A DNA stretch of 24,279 nt from Candidatus Altarchaeum sp. (GTDB lineage: Archaea; Altiarchaeota; Altiarchaeia; Altiarchaeales; Altiarchaeaceae). The notes under the pieces were generated by a model. That model saw nothing but the letters and a program-made list of their open reading frames with translations. It had not been told where the DNA came from and ran no database searches. The stretch covers positions 1-24,279 of the forward strand of contig JAGWDQ010000124.1 of NCBI GenBank assembly GCA_018260615.1. The letters are read 5' to 3'. The first letter of the stretch is position 1, and every line of letters begins with the position of its first letter. The position numbers and the translations under genes were made by a program. Positions 16,701-22,780 of this stretch are shown here, piece after piece.

Positions 16701-17160
16701 AATTTATGTTAAGAAGTTTATGCTCTTGTTTTAATCCAAAAAAATATACCTTTGCATGAAGTGGAGGTTGTTTAAAGATATAAAATTTTATGCCTTTACT
16801 TTCATCTTCGTTTCGTTTTTTCATAAGTTCAAATAAATTCAAAGTACCTTTTTTCTTATTTTCTTCATCCGTGCATTCTAAAGAATTTTCAAATTCCTCC
16901 TTTATATCTTCTTTATTTTGTTTAAAATCCAAATATTCTTCAAATTCCTCCTTTGTTGCTTTTGTTGTTCTACATCCTATTACTATATCTATTTTAGTAT
17001 CCTGTGCATAGCTTGAGACCAAATTAAAACCTTCAACATAAAAAAATCCTGAGACGATTTTTGCATATTCTGACTTGCTTAAAAGTTCCGCTAAAACATC
17101 CCCTAATTTTTGATGCTTATTGTCTATAATGTTGGGATACGGATTTTGATCTGAACTCAT
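13744..17160 (-). CDS. PLD (single HKD-type)-nuclease fused to an SNF2-like SF2 helicase
   Basis: 1138 aa. N-terminal LHAKVY...FGSSNFT. Helicase motifs [31 protein letters not shown] and [38 protein letters not shown]. Confidence 0.92.
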   Translation of the reverse strand: [1138 protein letters not shown]

Positions 17161-17295
17161 TTTAAAACATAATTTAGATTACAAAATTTAATATTGCTGA
17201 TTTTATATTTAAATTTATAATGATAGTAAAAATTTTAAAATTTTCTGAATTCTGCTGAATGAAATAAGATTGTTGTAAATTAAATCAACCCTGTT

Positions 17296-17482
17296 ATTTG
17301 TTGCGGATTTGATGTGGATTTGTTGCGGATTTGTGTCGGATTTGTGTCCGTTTTGTGTCAGATTTGCGTCCATTTTGTGTCGGATTTGTGTCAGATTTGT
17401 GTCCGTTTTGTGTCGGATTTGTGGCGGATTTTGGGCGGATTTTGGGCGGATTTGTGTCAGATTTGCGTCCATTTTGTGTCTA
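17296..17482. repeat. 17 x 11-bp degenerate tandem repeat, consensus WTTTGTGTCRG
   Basis: Exact 11-bp register from 17296 (ATTTGTTGCGG) to 17482 (TTTTGTGTCTA), with no gaps in phase. Intergenic, between the antiporter stop and the helicase start. Confidence 0.93.
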
Positions 17483-17539
17483 TTTTTCTTTATCTCCGTC
17501 ATCTGTTTCAATTTTAACAATAAATTTCTAATAAACCAT

Positions 17540-19195
17540 TTAAATCTTCTTTATCCCGATTATCTTTTCAATAAAATCATCCATGTCCTTCATATTTATT
17601 ATTTTTTCATTGGCAATTACATATATCGTATCATATATGAACCACAACATCATTATTCCAAAGAAAACAGATAAAAACGGATTCATATACTCAAGATGAA
17701 AGAATGATAAAATTGAAAAATTTGTGGCAAAGATGATATAAAGAACAATAATTACAGCAATATTTCCGATTATTCGTTTTTGTGTTGTCTTGCTTATTAT
17801 TAAAAACGAATGAAGTATGACAAATATTTCTTTAATGATCTTGCTTATTTTAATTATGCTGTGGATGGTAAACGGAAGAGATAAAACCAGTAATATTATT
17901 CCTTCTTTAAGATAGCCGGATTCCGACAAAATATAAGAAACCGCAAATATTGCCAGTATTGCAATTGTATCCTTCCAGAGACCTTTTCCTTCGGCATAGA
18001 CCTTTTTTGTAATTTCTTCTTCAAGACCTGTTTTTGTTTTGTATATTCTTAACGCAAATTTATCAAAAAGGGATGGCTTTGGAATAAGCATATTCAGTCC
18101 TTTAAAAATTTTCGGATTTAATGCCAGAGACGAGAGAAATGCGGAAATAATGAAAACAATTCCGAAAGCACTTAAAATTTCGCTGGCAATAAGCCCTTTA
18201 TTTGTTGCATCTATAAGTAAGACGAGGGAAAATTCACTAAGGGAAAGCATGAGCGCTGATGAACGAAGTGCCTGTTCTTTATTATATTCCAGGGAATGAT
18301 AGAGAAAAAACACCGTATAAAATTTAAGGAAAAGATTCAGGATGACGAACAGAATGATAATTACGAATCCGTTTATTACCTCCTCAATATGTATCATCAT
18401 GCCGACAGAAAAGAAAAATAATGTAATGAAAAGTATGGTAAACGGTTCAAAAATTTTCTGGATTGTCCCGCTGTGCCTTGTTGAGCCGACTAAATTTCCA
18501 GCAATAAACGCGCCGATTAGCCCGGAAAATCCGATAAAATTTGTCAGTGCTGCCATTACGATGCAGAGTATAATTGTGACTAACAGTATGTTTTCTTCAG
18601 CCCTACGTTCCACAAAAAAACTGAAAATTTTATCTATTACTTTCAGAAGCACAAAATAAGAAAACAGAATCAGCAGAAAAATTTTAACAATTGAAAATTC
18701 TATGTCAGCAGTTCCGGATATTAAAGCCATCAATATAATAACAATTATGTCTTCTATAACTAAAACACCAATCATCATCTGTATTTCTTTCTCTTTAAGA
18801 ATGCCTCTTTCTTCCGCTATTTTTGCTACTATTGCGGTTGATGAAAATGTAAATGCACCCGCGAGCACAATGGCTATTCCAGGGGAAAACAAAAATAAGA
18901 AGAGCTGATAGCATATCATGAAGATGAAGAAAAATTTAAGCAATGCAATAATTACTATTGAAAAAGCGTTCTTCCCGATTTTTTTCATGTCAAATTCCAT
19001 ACCTATGAGAAACAGCAAAAGCAGAATTCCGATTTCGGAGAAAAATTTGATTTCATCCGGCTGAAAGATACCGACATAAGCGAAACAGATGCCCGCAAAT
19101 ATAACTCCGATTATGTAACTCTGCCGCAGTAAAATGAATGCGGTTGTTACCAATACAATTGCAATAATGGCAAGCGAGATTAAATTTATATCCAT
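17540..19195 (-). CDS. CPA2-family cation:proton antiporter (Kef-like) without a KTN/RCK domain
   Basis: 551 aa. SEIGILLLLFLIGMEFD, FSSTAIVAKI, GVLVIEDI, IGAFIAG, FFFSVGM and SEFSLVL are typical Na_H_Exchanger signatures. Confidence 0.88.
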   Translation of the reverse strand: MDINLISLAIIAIVLVTTAFILLRQSYIIGVIFAGICFAYVGIFQPDEIKFFSEIGILLLLFLIGMEFDMKKIGKNAFSIVIIALLKFFFIFMICYQLFLFLFSPGIAIVLAGAFTFSSTAIVAKIAEERGILKEKEIQMMIGVLVIEDIIVIILMALISGTADIEFSIVKIFLLILFSYFVLLKVIDKIFSFFVERRAEENILLVTIILCIVMAALTNFIGFSGLIGAFIAGNLVGSTRHSGTIQKIFEPFTILFITLFFFSVGMMIHIEEVINGFVIIILFVILNLFLKFYTVFFLYHSLEYNKEQALRSSALMLSLSEFSLVLLIDATNKGLIASEILSAFGIVFIISAFLSSLALNPKIFKGLNMLIPKPSLFDKFALRIYKTKTGLEEEITKKVYAEGKGLWKDTIAILAIFAVSYILSESGYLKEGIILLVLSLPFTIHSIIKISKIIKEIFVILHSFLIISKTTQKRIIGNIAVIIVLYIIFATNFSILSFFHLEYMNPFLSVFFGIMMLWFIYDTIYVIANEKIINMKDMDDFIEKIIGIKKI

Positions 19196-19197
19196 CG

Positions 19198-19233
19198 GCT
19201 TTAAAATTTAGTTTTGCTTTAAAATTTAGTTTT
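19198..19233. repeat. 2 x 18-bp tandem duplication directly upstream of the antiporter start
   Basis: GCTTTAAAATTTAGTTTT occurs at 19198-19215 and 19216-19233. Confidence 0.7.
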
Positions 19234-19305
19234 ATTTTGGTTTAAAATTTATTTAAATTTATTTTTAAACTATTTATTTACCATTCTAATTTTGTATTTG
19301 TTTAG

Positions 19306-19323
19306 CACCACAGAGGCACAGAG
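19306..19323. repeat. Isolated REP-like left arm
   Basis: CACCACAGAGGCACAGAG is similar to CTCACACAAAGTCACAGAG (19380-19398) and to the reverse complement of 158-184. Confidence 0.45.
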
Positions 19324-19378
19324 AAAATAATTTTAAGTTTAATTTTAGTTTATTATTAGTATTAGTCCTTTAAAAAAA

Positions 19379-19583
19379 CCTCACACAAAGTCACAGAGCC
19401 ATTTTCAAAACGGAGAGTTTTGAAAATCTCCGAACGAAGTGAGGTGACAGAGCATATATCTCATAGTTCTTTGTGTCTTTTTCAAAATCAACAGATTTTG
19501 AAAATCTCCGAGCATTTCAAACTTGTTTGAAATACACGAACGGAGTGAGCGTAAGAGCGAGGTGACTGTGTCTCCGTGTGAGG
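19379..19583 (+). repeat. REP/MITE-like element with imperfect terminal inverted repeats, containing two nested hairpin-tail modules
   Basis: Ends CCTCACACAAAGTCACAGAG and GACTGTGTCTCCGTGTGAGG match at 15/20 as inverted repeats. Internal stems at 19401-19427 (11 bp), 19479-19504 (11 bp) and 19514-19533 (9 bp). Tails end in GAGGTGA. Confidence 0.8.
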
Positions 19584-19712
19584 AATTACATTTTAATTAT
19601 CTAAACAATTACCTAATTTTTATAGAATCCTAATTCTAACCTTATAAATTTATAAATTTTAAGATGAATGGGATGAACGACAGTATATCTTCAATGTCTG
19701 AAATTTCCGAAA

Positions 19713-19844
19713 TCACATCGCTTACATTCACTCCCGTTCGTGTATTTTCAAATATGTTTGAAAATTACCTCGCTGTTGTTCGGAGATTTCAAAATTTATG
19801 AAATTTTGAAATCGCCCGGAAATTTCAAAGGAGATATTTGAAAT
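19713..19844 (-). repeat. Array of three hairpin-tail modules in opposite orientation
   Basis: Perfect stems at 19822-19844 (8 bp), 19786-19812 (12 bp) and 19744-19765 (9 bp). Minus-strand tails CTCCGAACAACAGCGAGGTA and ACACGAACGGGAGTGAATGTAAGCGATGTGA. Confidence 0.8.
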
Positions 19845-19915
19845 AGCAAAGGATAAAGAAATTTTAAATTTACAGAAAAATACAAAAAGTCATAAAGATA
19901 TCAAAATAGTTTGAA

Positions 19916-20764
19916 ATGGAGAGAGAAATAATTGCCAGGCTAAAAATAACATTTGAAGAGTATGTAAAAGAATCTGACGGTGTTGAATTCTGGTTTGCCC
20001 GGGATTTGCAGGTATTATTGGGATATACTCAGTGGAGAAATTTCGTGTTAGTTATAGATAAAGCAAAAGAGTCATGCAAAAACTCAGGACAGAAAATTGA
20101 AGACCATTTTGCTGATGTCAGCAAAAAGGTTAAAATTGGTTCTGAGGCGGAAAGAGAAATTGATGATTTGATGCTTACGCGATATGCCTGTTATCTGATT
20201 GCCCAGAACGGGGACCCGAGAAAGGAGGAAATTGCATTTGCCCAAAGTTATTTTGCGGTGCAGACAAGAAAGCAGGAGATTATTGAGGAAAGAATAACAT
20301 TAAGTGAACGACTGAATGCCCGGCAAAAATTGGTTGAATCCGAAACAGAACTTTCAAAACTGATATATGAGCGCGGAGTTGATGATGACGGTTTTGCACG
20401 GATTAGAAGCAAAGGAGACCAGACACTTTTCGGCGGATTTGCAACCTCAATGATGAAAAAACGACTGAACATTCCTGAAAACAGACCCCTGGCAGATTTT
20501 TTGCCGGCAATTACTATTACTGCAAAGAACCTTGCAACCGAAATTACAAACTTTAATGTTAAAAAAGATGACCTTCATGGCGAAGAGAATATCACAACAG
20601 AACATATTAGAAATAATGCAGATATTCGTTCGTTGTTATCTAAAAGAGGAATAAAGCCGGAAGAATTGCCCCCGGAAGAAGACATAAAGAAACTTGAAAG
20701 AAAAGTAAAGAAAGATGGCAAGAATCTTGCCGAAAATTCAAAAAAGGTCTTGACTCAAAAATAA
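19916..20764 (+). CDS. dinD: DNA damage-inducible protein D family
   Basis: 282 aa with EFWFARDLQVLLGYTQWRNF, LTRYACYLIAQNGDPRKEEIAFAQSYFAVQTR, FARIRSKGDQTLFGG and RPLADFLP. Confidence 0.92.
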   Translation: MEREIIARLKITFEEYVKESDGVEFWFARDLQVLLGYTQWRNFVLVIDKAKESCKNSGQKIEDHFADVSKKVKIGSEAEREIDDLMLTRYACYLIAQNGDPRKEEIAFAQSYFAVQTRKQEIIEERITLSERLNARQKLVESETELSKLIYERGVDDDGFARIRSKGDQTLFGGFATSMMKKRLNIPENRPLADFLPAITITAKNLATEITNFNVKKDDLHGEENITTEHIRNNADIRSLLSKRGIKPEELPPEEDIKKLERKVKKDGKNLAENSKKVLTQK

Positions 20765-20922
20765 ACAACCAAATCTGTTTTATCACCAAAAATGATGATT
20801 GCTTATAATAACAAGTAAGGATGCAATGCAATAAACATGCAATCTTAAATTTTTAAATATTTTTAAATTTATTTTACAATCTTAATTCTAAACTTATAAA
20901 TTTAAATTTTATAAATTTTAAA

Positions 20923-21804
20923 ATGGAGCAACAAATACTTGAAAAATACATTGAAGCGGGAAAAATCGCAAAAGAGGTTGTGGACTGGAGCAAAAATTTA
21001 ATAAAGCCGGATGCAAAGACCCTTGACATTGCAGAATGTATTGAAAATAAAATAAAAGAAAAGGCAGAGCTCGCTTTCCCGGTGAACATTTCTATCAACA
21101 ATATTGCCGCACATTCAACACCGTCATGGAATGATGAGTCAGTTATAGGAGAAAGTGTTGTTAAAATTGACATAGGAGTTGCGGTTGACGGATATATTGC
21201 AGATACCGCTTATACGATTGATTTAACCGGAAAGTATGGAAAAATGCTGGATGCAAATAAGGCGGCATTAGAGAATGCATTAAAAATTTTAAAACCAAAT
21301 TTAAAAATTTCCGAAATCGGAAAAGTTGTAGAAGAAACAATAAAGAGTTACGGATACAAGCCGATTGAAAATTTAACGGGCCACCAGATGGAGCAGTATG
21401 CCTTACACGGAGGGATTGCAATTCCAAATGTCCATACGATGGACAGTAAAACATTAAAGGAAGATATGGTTATAGCAATAGAACCCTTTGCTACAGACGG
21501 AATCGGGAGTGTGACAGAAACAAATAAGTATGAAATTTATAGTTTAATGCAAATAAAGCCGGTAAGGATGACTGAAGAAAGAAATTTGTTAAATGGCCTT
21601 GAAGCAAGAAAGGGTATGCCCTTCGCAAAAAGATGGTTTAAGACAATTCCGGAAGTAACATTAAATTTAATACTTCAGGATATGGTAAATAGAGGCATAA
21701 TAAGAAAACACGGAATGTTCAGGGAAAAAGGCAACGGAATGGTAAGTCAGTTTGAGCATACTGCAATAATAACAAAGGACGGGGCGCTCATAACAACATT
21801 ATAA
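20923..21804 (+). CDS. map: Type II methionine aminopeptidase
   Basis: 293 aa with AFPVNISINNIAAH, KIDIGVAVDGYIADTA, NLTGH, AIEPFAT and SQFEHT, plus the archaeal type II helical insert. Confidence 0.95.
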   Translation: MEQQILEKYIEAGKIAKEVVDWSKNLIKPDAKTLDIAECIENKIKEKAELAFPVNISINNIAAHSTPSWNDESVIGESVVKIDIGVAVDGYIADTAYTIDLTGKYGKMLDANKAALENALKILKPNLKISEIGKVVEETIKSYGYKPIENLTGHQMEQYALHGGIAIPNVHTMDSKTLKEDMVIAIEPFATDGIGSVTETNKYEIYSLMQIKPVRMTEERNLLNGLEARKGMPFAKRWFKTIPEVTLNLILQDMVNRGIIRKHGMFREKGNGMVSQFEHTAIITKDGALITTL

Positions 21805-21826
21805 CAATTATAACACATCATAAGCC

Positions 21827-22771
21827 CTAAATTTTTAAATTTAACCTTTTCAGCAATTCGCACCTCTTGCATATTTCCCCGCTGCATAAATTTCCGCAGA
21901 TTTTACAGAAACGGACACCCTCTATTTTGTAGTCCTTCAATAATAAATTTCTTAACTTTTGATTGCTTTCAAATATCTGAAAATTACTGCCGGGATGCTT
22001 CCCGTTCAGCAAATTTAAAATGTCCTTGAATGTTTTCCTGTATGCGTCTTTTCTGTATGGACATATATGTTCAAAATTTAATTCCGGAAAATTTATTTTT
22101 GCATATAACTTTACTTCGTCTTCGGGCGATTTTATAAATGGTTTTATTCTTGGAACCGTCTTTGCATCTTTAATCAATCCGCTTCCCCAGATTATCCGCT
22201 CAATGTCTCCTCTGACGATGTTCATCAAAAACGACTGATCTTCATCCTCCAAATTATGGGCAATTGCCATTTTGTTGCAGCCCAGTTCCTTTGCTTTCCT
22301 GTTCATTATATCCCTTCTTAACACACCGCAATAAGTACATAAGCCCTCACTTCCGCCAAATTTATTATTTTTATTATTACAAATTTTTAAATGTATTTCA
22401 TCAATTGTCATTCCGAATTCATCTTTAAAGGAATAAATGTGATGCTCAATTCCGAGTTTTTGGCACACTTCTTTCGCATTATTTAATGTGCTGCTGCCAT
22501 ACTCGTCATTAATTCCGACATCTATTGTCATTGCCAGAATTTCGGTTCTTCGTTTTTCTGAAAAATTTTTTAGAAAGTAAAGCAGTGAAGATGAGTCCTT
22601 TCCGCCGGATAAGCCAACGGCAATTTTGTCACCTACATCGAGCATATTGAAATTTCTTATGGTTGCTCTTGCTCTTTTTTCAAAATATTCAACAAAGCAG
22701 GTCTTGCATAAATTTAATCCGTTGTAGCGTAAATTTATTGTTGCTTCCTTTTTACATTTTGTGCAATACAT
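21827..22771 (-). CDS. TtuA/NcsA/Ctu1-type tRNA 2-thiolation protein (PP-loop ATPase, TIGR00269-like)
   Basis: 314 aa. N-terminal CxxC...CxxC, PP-loop GLSGGKDS, CTYCGVLRR, AHNLED, RIKP, CPY and C-terminal CxxC...CxxC. Confidence 0.9.
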   Translation of the reverse strand: MYCTKCKKEATINLRYNGLNLCKTCFVEYFEKRARATIRNFNMLDVGDKIAVGLSGGKDSSSLLYFLKNFSEKRRTEILAMTIDVGINDEYGSSTLNNAKEVCQKLGIEHHIYSFKDEFGMTIDEIHLKICNNKNNKFGGSEGLCTYCGVLRRDIMNRKAKELGCNKMAIAHNLEDEDQSFLMNIVRGDIERIIWGSGLIKDAKTVPRIKPFIKSPEDEVKLYAKINFPELNFEHICPYRKDAYRKTFKDILNLLNGKHPGSNFQIFESNQKLRNLLLKDYKIEGVRFCKICGNLCSGEICKRCELLKRLNLKI

Positions 22772-22780
22772 TTTTAATTC

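Noticed and set aside
17215-17674. Four short ORFs running through the 11-bp array
   Set aside because: Openness in several frames and the 11-aa periodicity follow from an 11-bp stop-poor unit; no domain, and the unit length is not a multiple of 3.
19393-19572. ACAGAGC and TGTGTC direct repeats as true target-site duplications
   Set aside because: The module-free arms at 158-184 and 19306-19323 already contain such tandem words, so they may be native to the host palindrome; not claimed as TSDs.
20819-20846. ATGCAATGCAATAAACATGCAATC after dinD as a third 11-bp array
   Set aside because: Too short and degenerate to separate from chance similarity.
21789-21814. ATAACA repeats at the map 3' end
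   Set aside because: Low-complexity AT-rich words with irregular spacing.
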